A DNA stretch of 64,000 nucleotides from Eledone cirrhosa (Eukaryota): NCBI GenBank assembly GCA_964016885.1, contig OZ024750.1, positions 25,978,001 through 26,042,000 of the forward strand. Direction: 5' to 3'. The notes under the pieces are model-generated. The model did no database searches, was not told the DNA's origin, and worked only from the letters and a program-made list of their open reading frames with translations. Shown one piece after another: positions 12,845-25,865 of the stretch. The translations under genes and the position numbers were made by a program. The first letter of the stretch is position 1, and every line of letters begins with the position of its first letter.

Positions 12845-14427
12845 ATGGCAAAATGTACAAGTCTCCTTCGACCAAATCGCAACTACAACCGTTGTATACA
12901 GTGAAGGTACGAGCTTAACCAAGAATTATATGAAGCATACAAACAATCTGAACCCCAAAAGTTCGGTTTTATGCAAAGGCTAAAAACTTTATGGAACTCC
13001 AAACACCCAGAATTAGACTTTTCTCCAAAGCATTTAAATGAACAGGCAAAACGTATCATTAGATGTAAATTGATACATCTAACGGAATTGTGTGATACTA
13101 CAAATACAGCCCTTGTAGACAACCACCCCACCTCCACTGACAGACAAAGAGAATGGCCAGCTAAATCTAACAGTGAACAGCTCACTAACAATTTTGCTGA
13201 AATCCATCCCACTTCCACTGAAGAACAGCGAGAAAGGTCAGCTAACTCTAGTAGTAATTGTCACCACATCAACAACGAGGCTGAAATTCATGACTCTACT
13301 GTACACACAGAACACCAAAAACTAGTGGACACCTTACAAGTGAAATGAGACGATATGTTTCAAGAGATACACAGTCTTAATGTGAGTGACAGACCATACA
13401 AGACCAGAACCAGTAAAGAACCCACTAAATTGGAATTGGAAGCGGTGAACGAAATAGCTGGTAATTATCTGAAGGTTATACGATCTAAAGGTGTAGAAAC
13501 GACATTTGAAACGCTTAATATTTTGTTATATGTTTCAGCTGTCACATTACTATCATATAACACACATCTAAAACTACGTAATCAAGATACAAACAAAAAG
13601 CCTGAACCAGCGTGGATGCGAAATTTAAAAAGCAAAATTTTGTCCCTAATACGAAGTATCTCACACATCGCAGTCGTTATGAAATGCAACATAGAGAGCA
13701 ACTTCACACGACACCAGGAAGACCTAAAAAAAGAGATAGAGAGACTATTTGGAGATACAAAATTTAAAACTTTGAACTCCAAATTACACCAGTTGAAACA
13801 ACAACTCACAGCTACAACAGAAAGACTAAAATATAAGTCAACAGCACATAAACGACAAGTACTAAATAGATTGTTTGCCAGAGATCCTAAATCAGTTTAT
13901 CGCAGCTTCGGTAGCTGCTGTTGAACGCATGACCAAGAACTGGTACACCGATTTGATCCTTAGAGGTGAGAAGGAGCAAGTTAAGACTGATAAGATACAT
14001 TACCTGACGGGCATCTTTCAGGGTGATAGCTTGTCAGTGCTACTCTTCGTTCTCTTACTAAATCCACTATCTTACCGACTCAGAAAACAAGGTGGACAAA
14101 GAAGTGGGTCCAGAAGTATCTCCCATCTTTTCTTTGTTGATGACCTGAAGTTGTATGGGCCAAATACCAATGACATCAAGAAACAATTGGACCTCATTAC
14201 ACAATTTTAAACACAGGAGTTTACAAATCCAGTATCCAAGATACACCTTTAGCTTCATACCCATCATTATTGGAGCTACGGGTTATATACCAACCCGCTT
14301 GGACCAAAGTATGGCTGAACTTGGATTTGCGGACAAAGAGCGCAGCTCCCTAATTCATAGTCTACAAATGGCTGCGATAGCTGGTACCTTCAAAATGTTC
14401 AAAACATTCTTGCGATTCAAGGGATGA
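12845..14427 (+). mobile_element. Decayed RLE-type non-LTR retrotransposon, R4/Dong-like, internally deleted
   Basis: GIFQGDSLSVLLFVLLLNPLS, ISHLFFVDDLKLY, LNRLFARDPKSVYR and C-terminal IPIIIGATGYIP...LQMAAIAGT. Confidence 0.8.
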
Positions 14428-14668
14428 CAATTTCTTTTCTTTTACAACCTTGCCACCAGTCAACGCGATCAGTCGCATATTTTGGCGTGGGAGGCTATTT
14501 ATTAAATTTAAGATGAATACTATCTCCGACAGTAATGCCACAACTACAGTCATGTTGAATAATTGGTTATTCTTCTAACTATATCTTCTGAAGACACCTT
14601 TTATTCGAATTCGTATAGATATCCGGATAATTACATAATTCATTTTACAAGGATTTGCTACAAACAGC

Positions 14669-15760
14669 ATGGCTGAACACAACATCCATAACAAAATTAT
14701 GGAAGTACCGAAGACAAATAACAAGGAAGGTAAACAAACTCTATTCAGTTGTAGCTACAGAAGAAACCGAAATTATAAATCGCATTTCTCTTGGAGTTGC
14801 GAACTTAATAATGATATATTTAATTGTTATAAAATGTCAAAAACCAATCCCTCCATTGGCTATATGAACAGAATGAAACTACACTGGGACGAAATACACC
14901 CAGAGCTAAATTATTTCCCAGCGAAACAATTACGCCAACAAGCGACGTTTGTTGAACGTAAAAATAAGATAAATATTATTAATTGTAAGTCCCCCACAAC
15001 AAACATGTTATCAACAGCACGTGCTACAGGTCGCCATGCTACTAGACTTCCTAGCAGCCAGGTCGAACAGCGCCTTGAAACAACTATGCCTGTAAGAAAT
15101 TTGACACCACCTGTACCATCTAAGTCTACCTGGAATGCTGAGGAAAACACTATCGATAATAATAATAATCGAAGAAATAATAATAATAATCGAAGAAATT
15201 TGACACCACGTGTACTATCCGAGTATACCTCGACTGTTGTGGAAAATACTATCGATAATGATAATAATCAAAAGTATAAACAATTGAAATATTCCCTCAA
15301 CGAAATCTTCCAGAGAGAAATTAATTCATGCATAAATATCTCTCTTGCTGAACGTATTAAAACGACAATGTTTCATAAAAAAACAAATAATGAAATATTA
15401 CGTATTGACGAAATAGGGGGTGAATATTTACGACGGATAAAAACCCCAACATTTTGGCAAATCAACGCCTGTTTATATGCCTTAGCAACGACAGTGAAGC
15501 ATTATCTTGGTGATAGCAGAGATATTAACAAGAACAGAACACCACCAAAAATACCATCATATATAACGAAAATAGAAAAAAAGATTGATGACCTACGAAA
15601 AAACATAGAATATGTGACAATGCTCCTTACATGCAAACAAACACACAAAAAACCTCACTCCTCACCAACAAAGAGTGAAAAATAAAATAGAGACGATGTT
15701 TGGTAACAGTAGAACCAGAACTCTCCAATAGAAGCTGATCACCATCAAACAAGAATTGAA
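14669..15760 (+). mobile_element. N-terminal part of a second R4/Dong-like element
   Basis: IGYMNRMKLHWDEIHPELNYFPAKQLRQQA aligns with GFMQRLKTLWNSKHPELDFSPKHLNEQA of the upstream element; INACLYALATTV aligns with LNILLYVSAVTL. Confidence 0.7.
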
Positions 15761-18000
15761 GTGAGGCCAGCATCAAGCGTTTTCGATACCGCGTAAATAC
15801 TAAACTAATCATGGGTGATGTCTCGGCCGCAGTCAGAGTGGTTGCCTCAGAGGACACTGTACTGCAATGCATCGAGGAGGTCATGGCTGCCCTGCGACTC
15901 AAACTCCCTGAGCCACCTGTTGACCTACCGCCACTCGATCCCCAGCTGCTCCTTGTGGCTTCCGTGTCTCATCAAGTCCTTCCCAGCTAGCAGCAGCGGA
16001 GGTGCTGGTGGGCTCCGACCTGGCCACCTCAAGGAGTTGCTCTCCCCTCTCTCCGCTGAGGCCGGCGGCCGCCTTCTGTGTGCATTTGTGTCACCAATAG
16101 GCGCCCTGGATGCTTACGCCTGAGGTTTCTTTTTTTTGGCTTGCCTGACCGCTCTCAGGAAGAAAGAGGGTTGCATACGCCCCATCGCTGTGGGTACTTT
16201 CTTCCGGAGGTTGGCTGCTAAGGTGGTCTCCAGGTCCATAACACCTGAACTGGATGAGGAGTTCAGTCCGGTGCATCAGGGTGTCGCCGTGTTCGTGGAT
16301 GTGAGAGGGCGCACATGCAACCAGGCAGTCTTCAACCGGAACCGGCATCCAGGGACTCCAGGCACCTCATTGTCAAGCTTGACATGAGGGACCATCTGCT
16401 TGATGCCTGTCTCAGCCGAACCCTCTCCGGCTACCCGCTGGCCTACCTATCATATGGATCCCCGAGCATGCTCCTTGCTGCTGATACGGTTATCTTCGGC
16501 GACTGGGGGCCTACAGGGTGACCCTTTGATCCCCCTCCTGTTTGCGCTTGGTATAAACCACATTGCCCGTAGTATCACGGCCCCTCTCAACGTTTGGTAC
16601 CTGGATGATGCTACCCTCGAAGAGCCCGTGGAGACTGTCTGCCACGACCTTCAATCGGTCTCCAGGTCAACTCGCCCAAGTCGGATGTGGTGACTTTCAG
16701 CCATGATGCTGAGAGCTTTGCAGCCTCCGTCGGGGACGTGCGGTCTATACTCCACCAGGTAGATGTGACCCCCAAAGAGGATGTCCTCATCCTCGGGTCA
16801 CCGATCCACCCGCCTACCATCCGCTCCACCATCAGATCCAGGCTCCAACAACTCATGACATTCACGAGCCGACTGTGCTTGATCGACGGCCACCCAGCTC
16901 TCTGTTGAGGAACTGCTTCGCCATGCGGAAGCTTCTCTACACCCTTCGCAGCGCTCGGTGCTACAGCCACGCATCTCTCCTCGCTGACATCGATACTTGT
17001 ATCCGAGCGGCAGCCGAAGAGATATGCAACGTCAGGTTTGTTCGACTTTGGATGCCAACAGGCCACTTTACTTGTCAGATATGGTGGCCTTGGCTTCCGG
17101 TCCCCGATCTCGCTGGCTTTGCCGGCGTTTCTTTCATCGGTAACCTCAAGCTGCGCCCTCATCAGCAGGGTTCTCCAAAACACAATGAATCCCTATATGA
17201 TCAAGGAACGTGACGCCGCCTGTGAGACGTGGGACCGGCTGGGACTTAGCCCAGTAGACGTCCCTCCTCCTTCTACCCCTTCTGTAGTAATGCTCCCCAA
17301 AAGCATTTGGGATGCCATCCAGTATAGCCTGGCCTCCGATAGGCTGATGCGCCAGCTCGACCAGTATAACCTTGCCTGTTTTCGCGCGGCCTCAAAAACA
17401 CACAGTGGTGCCTGGCTCCATACCTGGTTCTCCTTTCACACAGGCACGCATTTGGATAACGATAACCTGCGAATCTGCGTTTGCTTAAGCTTGGCCTCCG
17501 GTTCTGCGAGCCACAAAAATGTCGCTGTGGATGCATCATGGACTCTTTCGGCCTATACCCGCTTTCCTGTCACTACAGTGCCAGCCGCCTTCCATGCCAT
17601 GCTGCCCTCAACGAACTCATAAGGACTGGTTTGTACGCTGCAGGCTTCCCTCCCCAACTCGAGCCGGTGGGGCTGGACCGAGGGGACGACAAAAGGCCAG
17701 ATGGTATGACCATCTTCCCGTTCTGCGGAGGCAAAACCCTCGTCTGGGCTGCTAGGTACTGCTGCCCGTCGCTCTGAGGAGGCCAAACTCACCAAGTACC
17801 GGTCGCCCTCCGACAAAAGAAACTTCGGTGTCCTTGGCTCTAGTGCTACCTCTCTATTCACCACCATAGGCGGTGTGTGCCTCTCGAGTTGGAATGGCTC
17901 TTCCAGCACATCTCCGTTACCATCCTCCAGGGAAACGCCTTCTCCATTTTGTCCGTCGGGTCTGTGGAGGGCCAGCACTTGGGACCTCATTTGCTCACCA
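15761..18000 (+). mobile_element. Decayed CRE-clade non-LTR retrotransposon (RT + RLE)
   Basis: SSGGAGGLRPGHLKEL, LRKKEGCIRPIAVG..RRL, QGDPL.PLLF, WYLDD, GGLG, SGAWL, CRCG, RPDG across frameshifts; GC-rich island. Confidence 0.8.
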
Positions 18001-19599
18001 TACGGATTAAGACATATAACCTCTCTTTTTCTTTTATTTACTCTTTTTCAATTAAAAGGTTAGTCTTACATAATACTGAAGTAAAAAAAAACGCAAGCAA
18101 ATTATATAGTGAAATAGAACATGTGTAATCTACTGAAGTTTAGCACAAAGAATGTACACGTCGTCTTGAGACACTGAACGCTAACGATAATTCCGTTAGC
18201 ATCGTCGTGAAGAACGCCACTAAGACAAAATTTTCGGAGTTTTCCTCACTTTCGATTTATAATTTAACCCGGCTTGCAATGTCCTCCCTTTCTATTGCTG
18301 GATTTATTATATTATTAACATGGCAGGTCACTTTAGCAGCTGGTAAGATAATAACTGATTTGTTATTCTATTCACTTATTGAATACTTTGATTTCTTGTC
18401 TACGTCAAATATTTTTCTCATTTTCATTAATACTGTCATGTTGTCACCTGATCCTCCAACCTAACAGTATTGTTATACTTTGGGAGGGTCATGTTGCCAA
18501 TAAGAAACACACGCACCAGTTGCTTTCACTCCATTTTATTATAAATTAAATTTATAAATTTAAGAATTTATAAATTTCGGTTGGTTGGTTGTACAGTGTG
18601 ACTGGGGATTCTTCTCTTTGTTTGTGCCTCTCTCTATATATATGTTTGTGCCTCTTCTATATATATATGTCTCTTACTCCACTATATATATATATATATA
18701 TATTTGTGTCTGTGTGTGTGTGTGTGTGTGTGTGAGCATGTGTATGTACACATGTGTACATGTCATCATTATCATCATCATTTCACGTCCGCTTTCATCT
18801 GTAAGCAAGTTTTGCGTGAGTTACATAGAACAAATTAGTACTGAAGCGTGTCTTCTGACCAATCAGTCAGGCCAAGGTCACATCGAGTTGTTTTTGACAC
18901 AAACTGAAGGGTCCTACTCACCCTTTGTTTAGTAAGCTTTCTACGGCCGTATCCCTTTCTTACTACCAACTGCGTTGCAGCCTGTACTGATTGATTTTAT
19001 TGTGTAGATCAGCAGGGCTAAAGAGATTGTGTTTTTAAACAACTAAAGGTTTATCTCAATTCTTTTATGTATGGGATCTACAGCGGGTGAACTTCCACTC
19101 ACCAACCACTCTGGAGAGGTTGACCATAAATCAAACTGCAGAACCCTTCAAATGTGGAGAAGGGATAATAAGGGAGGGAGATAAGTATGAAGTTATAGGT
19201 ATGTGTGGGGGTTTGTTTGGCAAGACAATGAGTAAGGGGTAGCAGTTACTGATTAGTGTATGGGGTGTATTGGTGTGAGGGATGTGGTCAACATGGTGGA
19301 GGTTGTGGCGTGATGGAGAGATAAGAAGCGGGTTTAGGGATGAGTAAGAGTTAGGGATAGCTGATTAGTGTACTGGGAGTGGGGCATGTAGTGAAGGATG
19401 TGGTCGATAGTGATAGGGGTCGTGTTAGAGAGATGGGTAAGGGATAGTGAGAGATAAGGTTTGCTAATAGTGGTGGAGTGAACAATGGGGAGAGAAAGCA
19501 GCTACTATTGGCCAATGGTGAGGATATCTAAGGTGTCGAGTGTTTGAGTGGTTCTCGAGTGTATATGGGTAGTGGATGCCGCATTGGGGAGAACAGATT

Positions 19600-20060
19600 G
19601 GGAAAGTAATCATAGGAGGGAGGGTGTACTTCATGGATGGGTCAGGTCATATTTTATGATTCTGGTCGGGTCTTCATTAACACAGCATAGCGCCAGCCAC
19701 ATCTGCCACATCTCTTGTGAGTCCATCGATTTCACTTTGTGCACCTTATAGAACTCCTGCCCAGCCTTTTCTGGCATATCGAACACAGCCATCTCCCTGA
19801 TTGTATCCCCTTCTTGTCCTCTTTCGTGCTTAACCCTTTTGCCTCTGATGCGATTAGTTTTAGGCTTTTCAACTCTAAGTTCTTGCATGTTTGAAGTTTT
19901 GTCCTTTACCATCCTACGGATTCAGTTGAGGTACTCAGTACAGTTTCGAAATACTCAGTGAAGAACAGTGAAGAACAGTGATAAATAGGAGTGGAATAAG
20001 GACTGAGCCCTGGTGGACATCGAACTGCACTTCATCACTCTACTGGCATTCAGCTATTTT
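19600..20060 (-). mobile_element. RTE-type LINE remnant
   Basis: Minus strand near 19985-20030 reads QFDVHQGSVLIPLLF (RT motif). Confidence 0.55.
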
Positions 20061-20236
20061 ATACATTGCCCAAACTGCTTTCACAAGTCATTCATCTACA
20101 TGAAAGGTTCTCAACCCATTTCAGCCAAACGCCCCTTTTGCCCCTCGAAATCACGAAACGCCCCCTACCCTATTTTTCCATTTGTCAATATACTACTGAT
20201 TTTGATATCAGTAGATTACTGGGGCAAATCAAGTTA

Positions 20237-20732
20237 TGTTAGAATCTTTAAAATATACTCGTACGAATTAAATACAAAAAGTTTCAGTCCAAAATAAAAG
20301 CAAACTATTTTAAATTATATATTTTAGAAAAACAGACGTGAATGTTCCCAAAGATTTGATCTCAGTCGAAAAAACCTTTGTTGAAAAATTCTATATTTTA
20401 CTGTTAGCTGTTGTAATATTTTGAATGGATAGACAATTCTACAATTCAAACTGCAAAGTCAAAATACAAAAGATGCAAATTATGAAGAATTTCTTACCTT
20501 TCTCTGAAATCACAAACTCAGGGGGAAAATAGACCTTGCAAAATAAAATACCTCGTATCAAAATAAAATACTTAGTAGCAACGAATGAATTGAGAAGCTT
20601 GGTGACAGTGAGAAAGAAATATCTGTATTCCTTACATATATATACATAGATAGATACACACCCACCCATATAAACGCGCGCGCGCACACAGACACACACA
20701 CACACACACACAGACACACACACACACACACA

Positions 20733-20778
<46 letters not shown>

Positions 20779-20900
20779 CATACACATACACAAACTTCAG
20801 TGTGTGTGTGTGCCTTGGTTTTGGTACAGAAAGAATTTTGACTCCAGTTTTTATTGCCATGTCAAACGCCACTGCTCTTTTTAACGACGCCAAATAACAA
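20237..20900. repeat. Segmental paralog of 60140-60752
   Basis: Colinear diverged match (aaatactcgtacgaattaaatacaaaa ... ttttggtacagaaagaatttt). Confidence 0.85.
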
Positions 20901-20911
20901 GGCCATATATA

Positions 20912-21487
20912 TATTAATTTTTAATTTTTAAAATTTTCTTATTTTACGTCTTTCATATAATTGTTCTGCATCCCCCTGCATTGAACCACCTAGGTACTTT
21001 GACATAACTTATATATTTACTAGTATTAGTGTACATCTGTACGCATATGTTGGTAGATGTATCAATTCTCTATATTTATCTCCAAATTATTTGTTGAGCA
21101 AACTTGCCAAATCTACTGCTAATTCATTATAGTAGTAGTAGGCTCTTGTCATAATACCACCCCACTCCTAATTGACTAACCTCAGTGTCACGTGATTGAT
21201 ACTTTAGAATCCACCACTGACCAGAGATAGTGAACTTTTTCAGTGCTATGGAATTTTGTCCCCGCTAGCTTATTACATCCACTGAATAATTATTTTTATA
21301 TGGGTTCCTAGTGTCCGCGCATTGCCTGGGAACTTAGCTGAGAATAGACTCCCTGACGACGTAATGAATTCTCTATAGTTATATATATATTATATAACTA
21401 TATTTATCCCATTACAGAAACTAATTAGTTGGAGTGAAAATTTTAGTAAGTTAATTCTTAATTTTTAAAATTTTCTTATTTTACGTC

Positions 21488-21495
<8 letters not shown>
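20912..21495 (+). mobile_element. PLE pLTR-like fragment with ~45-bp terminal direct repeat, (TA)n-flanked
   Basis: ttaatttttaaaattttcttattttacgtctttcatata at ~20921 and ~21457; contains an HHR. Confidence 0.55.
21348..21435 (+). ncRNA. Type-I hammerhead ribozyme with long stem II
   Basis: actcc-CTGACGA-c gtaatg[...hairpin...]cattac a-GAAAC-taatta-GTT-ggagt. Confidence 0.8.
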
Positions 21496-21572
<77 letters not shown>

Positions 21573-21674
21573 TATATATAAATGAAGAGAGAAAGATGGA
21601 GGGACAGAGAGAGTAAGAAATGTGTATGTGTCTGTGTTTCGTACACGTCTATCTATCTATCTATCTATTTATCT

Positions 21675-21980
21675 AGAATTTACTGAAAGGTGGGCGAATG
21701 AAGTGAAAATGGCCCGAGTGATTGGGCCTTCTCTGTTTATAAGCCTGTAGGTTAAAGAAGAGAACAAAAGGAAGAAAGGAGAACTTGCACAATACGCTCC
21801 TGGAGTAGAGGGTTGTTCTATCGACGGGTATTAAACAACCCATTTGTGGCGCCTCCCCCTATTGGGGATTTCGATTGTTGTAATTATTTGTTTTATATTT
21901 TTTACACGACTGTATGTAAAATCCCCGGTATGTCTTTGTATTGTCCCCTTTTCTTGTGCGCCCTTGTGGCAAATATAGAA

Positions 21981-21981
<1 letters not shown>
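21675..21981 (+). mobile_element. Tx1-clade LINE 3' fragment (subfamily B)
   Basis: Matches 30460-30765; (TATC)n on both sides. Confidence 0.9.
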
Positions 21982-22051
<70 letters not shown>

Positions 22052-22053
<2 letters not shown>

Positions 22054-22090
22054 GTCCCCTTCTTTTGTGCCCCTGTGGCTAATAAAGAAA
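22052..22090 (+). mobile_element. 39-bp extreme 3' tip of Tx1-clade LINE (subfamily A)
   Basis: ttgtccccttcttttgtgcccctgtggctaataaagaaa between TATC repeats. Confidence 0.85.
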
Positions 22091-22100
22091 TATATCTATC

Positions 22101-23661
22101 TTACTGAAGGAATACGAAAGTCTCACAGGAGCGAAGCTGAACCGGGACAAGTCCATCGGTTTGCAACTCGGATCGTGGAGAGGCAGACCGATGCCTTCCG
22201 ATGGCGTCGTCGGACGCTGGACGGAAGGACCGGTAAAGCTGCTCGGGGTCTGGTTTGGTCCGGACCTCCAGGTGGAGAAGAACTGGAACGAAGTGACGGC
22301 CAAGGTGTTTGCACTCACCCAGAAGTGGGCCGAGTGTAAACTATCCTTGAAAGGTCGAGCGGAGGTGGCGAACACTTTTATAGCGTCCGCCATCTACTAC
22401 CGCTTGACCGTCGTGCCTTGTCCAGCCAAAACGCTCGCCAAAATGGAGCGCGCGCTGTTCCGATTCCTTTGGAAGAGGCGGGCTCCTTTGGTGAGAAGAT
22501 CCATCTGCTGCCAACACCCTTCTAACGGAGGGCTGGGGATGCCGTGGTTGACGATGCGCAAACACGCGCTCAGGCTGCGGCATCTCTACGTATTCCTCAC
22601 CGGACAACCGGTGTGGGCCCCGTTCGTGAGGCGAGCCTTCCCACGACTCGTCTCGCTGACCGAGCTGCAGTCCTGGGTCAAGAAAAGACCGAGGAAAATG
22701 AGCAACTGGCACATCGAATGTGCTCAGTCGCTCACAGCCCTCTGGCAGGCGGACCCGGCGATCAGTGGAGACTCCACTTCGTCATTCTATAGAGGGTTAG
22801 TCCGCAGCAAGTGCGACGACGCGCTCGGTGAAACTCTAGGCGTAGAGGAAGATGAACTGGCCAGTCTGTTCGGTAGGACCTTCCGCCCAGGACCGATGGA
22901 CAACTTCCAAAAGTCCCTTGCCTGGCAGTGCTACCGAGGAGCTCTACCAGTTCGAGACAAGCTCTACAGACATGGGCGCCCGGGCAGGGACCCTGCAAAA
23001 AAGATCTGTCCGAGGTGCGTGCGAGACGAAGAAACCGTCGCGCACGCATTCATACACTGCCCGGGCGTCACTGACCTGTGGGGCTATGTAGAACGACTAT
23101 TGTCGCGGGTGGGACCAGTCCAGTTGACCACCGAGTCCATTGTCACGATCAAACCGCCACCCTCCTTCAAAAACGAAGGAGAGGCGGTTTTCCTTTGTAT
23201 AATAGCTATGGCGAAAGAGGTTGTATGGTGGACAGGGTTGAAAGGGCTGAGGTCAGACACCTTTCTCTCCGGCTAACAACTGATTCTTTTTTTCAAATAC
23301 CACTTTGGAAGAAGAATCAAGATGGAGAGAGAGGTGCTGTACCCCAGCAAGTTTTATGAAAGGTGGGTGAAAATAGCGAGAATGGCCCGAGTGAATGGGC
23401 CTTCTCTCTATATCAGCCTGTAGGTTGAGGAAAAGGAGGAGGAGAGGAAAGGAGTACAAGCTCTTCGTACTCCTGGAGATGAGGGTTGCACATTTTTTTC
23501 GGGGGTCTGTGTTACCCATATAAACTGTCTCCCTCTATTGGGGAAAATCGACTAACTTTTAAATTCCATCTGTGATAACATTTTACACGTTTTTATTGTA
23601 TGTAAACTTCCCCCTTTGTATTTGTCCCCTTCTTTTGTGCCCCTGTGGCTAATAAAGAAAT
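22101..23661 (+). mobile_element. Tx1-clade LINE, 5'-truncated (subfamily A)
   Basis: Near-identical to 27981-29541; premature TAA at 23274-23276. Confidence 0.95.
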
Positions 23662-23915
23662 ATATCTATCTATCTATCTATCTATCTATCTCTCTATCAG
23701 TCGTGTGTCACTTCGCAGAGAAGTTTCCGTTAATTTATGTAAGGAAAAAACGTGAGTTTTTAGTTCAATTTTATATCATTGTGTAACTTGACCACCTGTC
23801 TGGACCTTCAGGTGGTGGGTCAACTCATTTTCGCCCCTTCAGGGGCGGAATATCCATTTAAAAAATGTTTCTCCATCGAATCTTGGAAAAAATATTGTAA
23901 AATTTTGATTACGTT

Positions 23916-25832
23916 ATGAACGCTGCGTCCAACGATAATGGTGGTGGAGAGGCAGTAAGACTACAAAGCTCGCAGTCAACAACGTCTTCTTCACTAGATA
24001 CTATAGAGATGGAAAGACAAAATGAAAATAAAAAAACGAATTCACATCCAAACAACACAAATGACACCAAACAGCTCAATGACAACAAAAATAACAGCAA
24101 AACCAATAATGATGATAAAAGCAACAATGATAACAACAACAAAGAAAAAAATAAAGACAACGCCAATAACACCAGCATCAAAGACAACAACAACACCAAG
24201 GAAAATACGGATGATACCAACATCGGTGACAACAAGAATAACAACAAGAATAACAAGAATAATGACAACACCACCAATACGGATTCCACAAAGAAACCAA
24301 AAATCTCCTTTGCGGAGAAAGTTCAAAAGAAAGAACAATTGATATATCTCGACATAACAAATGCTGAACACCTTTTAAAGGACGCTAAGAGATATGTCAC
24401 CTTCGAAAAAAATGGTGCTTTCAGCATCAATTCTCCGGTAGAAATTCGCAAGGAAACTGCTCTCAAAACGATAGTTTTTAGGACAGTTTCCAATTCTACC
24501 CGAAAACCAGTCCAATTGTCACAGAAAGATATTGAACTGGTTTTCAAAGATTCAATGAATGATATTGCATTCATTCAAAGAAGCAAACTTTTTGGGAGTA
24601 TTTCGGTACTGATGAAGGATCAATTGACGGCCCAAAATTACTCTGTGTCGCCAATTGTATCCAACCTGTACACCTTTTTCCCTACATACATGGGAAAAAG
24701 GACACAAAAGATCAGAATCACAAGTGTCACACCAAAGGTGAACATATGGTGGATACTGTGCGGCTTCATCAATTTTGATGAAGACAGAATACTGTCAGTA
24801 GGCAAGTCCCCCAGAGATGTATTCAATGGGACTAGCATTGAAGTTCTGGTGCAAATGAGCCCAGAGCGAATAGCTATGATCCCACAGCGTGTACTCCTGG
24901 ACGGACTTACCTACATAAACCTTTCGGTTGAGGGTAGGCGGCCTTCATGTTACCATTGCTTTAGCAGGGGTCACCTGAGGGCTTCCTGTCCTAAACTAAT
25001 GAACCAAAAAAAGGCTCTTCTGCCAACACCCATCAAAACAACACAACCACCAACACCACCACTACAACAACAACACCAACACACAAAAATAACCACAACA
25101 AACACAGTCCCACCCAACCTCACTCCACCTAAAACCACTGCAAAATCACATACAGACACAACAGCTCCCCAAGACATACCCCTCCCCAATCACACAGACG
25201 ATACAACAGATGAGGCTATCTCGCCATCACCCAGTGAAGACGAGGGAGAACCCCATCGCTCGAAAAGAAAGAAAAGACATCACAAAAGCAAAAAACCAGC
25301 AAACACTACCACAAACATACAACCACCAACACAAACAACAAAAATATCACAAACAAAACCCCCACCTCCTGAAAACAAAATACCTACAACAAAACGAAAG
25401 CACACACAAGAACTACAGACAAAAACAAACACAACACAAGAAAATTACACTTACACTTACATAAACACTGAAAACAAAACACTAATGGAGACCATTACGA
25501 ACGACCCTTCGGTTTTCACCGAAGGGAAAACTTTCGCCCACTCTATAAAAAATAGCAAAAAAATGAACCTAAAACTGATTAGGGTCCCTATACAAACTTA
25601 TAGGTCCCTAAAAGAAACATTTGAGAAGGATGTGGGGAATTCCTGCGTGAAACCACTCAACCGCGTCCTTCTCAAATGCCTCCCCACCCCAGACACCCCC
25701 ATCCCACCAGACCCCACCCCACCAAACATCTGCGTCCCCACCCCGCCGGAAACCACCACCCATCCAGACAACCCCTCCAACACCCCCATGGAAATCGTGC
25801 GGCCTGGTCCCCAGGAGGCGAAGGGTGAGTGA
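23916..25832 (+). CDS. LINE ORF1, nucleic-acid-binding gag-like protein (638 aa)
   Basis: CCHC knuckle CYHCFSRGHLRASC; Asn-rich N-terminus; Pro/Thr-rich C-terminal half. Confidence 0.9.
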   Translation: MNAASNDNGGGEAVRLQSSQSTTSSSLDTIEMERQNENKKTNSHPNNTNDTKQLNDNKNNSKTNNDDKSNNDNNNKEKNKDNANNTSIKDNNNTKENTDDTNIGDNKNNNKNNKNNDNTTNTDSTKKPKISFAEKVQKKEQLIYLDITNAEHLLKDAKRYVTFEKNGAFSINSPVEIRKETALKTIVFRTVSNSTRKPVQLSQKDIELVFKDSMNDIAFIQRSKLFGSISVLMKDQLTAQNYSVSPIVSNLYTFFPTYMGKRTQKIRITSVTPKVNIWWILCGFINFDEDRILSVGKSPRDVFNGTSIEVLVQMSPERIAMIPQRVLLDGLTYINLSVEGRRPSCYHCFSRGHLRASCPKLMNQKKALLPTPIKTTQPPTPPLQQQHQHTKITTTNTVPPNLTPPKTTAKSHTDTTAPQDIPLPNHTDDTTDEAISPSPSEDEGEPHRSKRKKRHHKSKKPANTTTNIQPPTQTTKISQTKPPPPENKIPTTKRKHTQELQTKTNTTQENYTYTYINTENKTLMETITNDPSVFTEGKTFAHSIKNSKKMNLKLIRVPIQTYRSLKETFEKDVGNSCVKPLNRVLLKCLPTPDTPIPPDPTPPNICVPTPPETTTHPDNPSNTPMEIVRPGPQEAKGE

Positions 25833-25865
25833 TCTCTTTTCCTCTTTTAACTTTTCAGCACCAAC

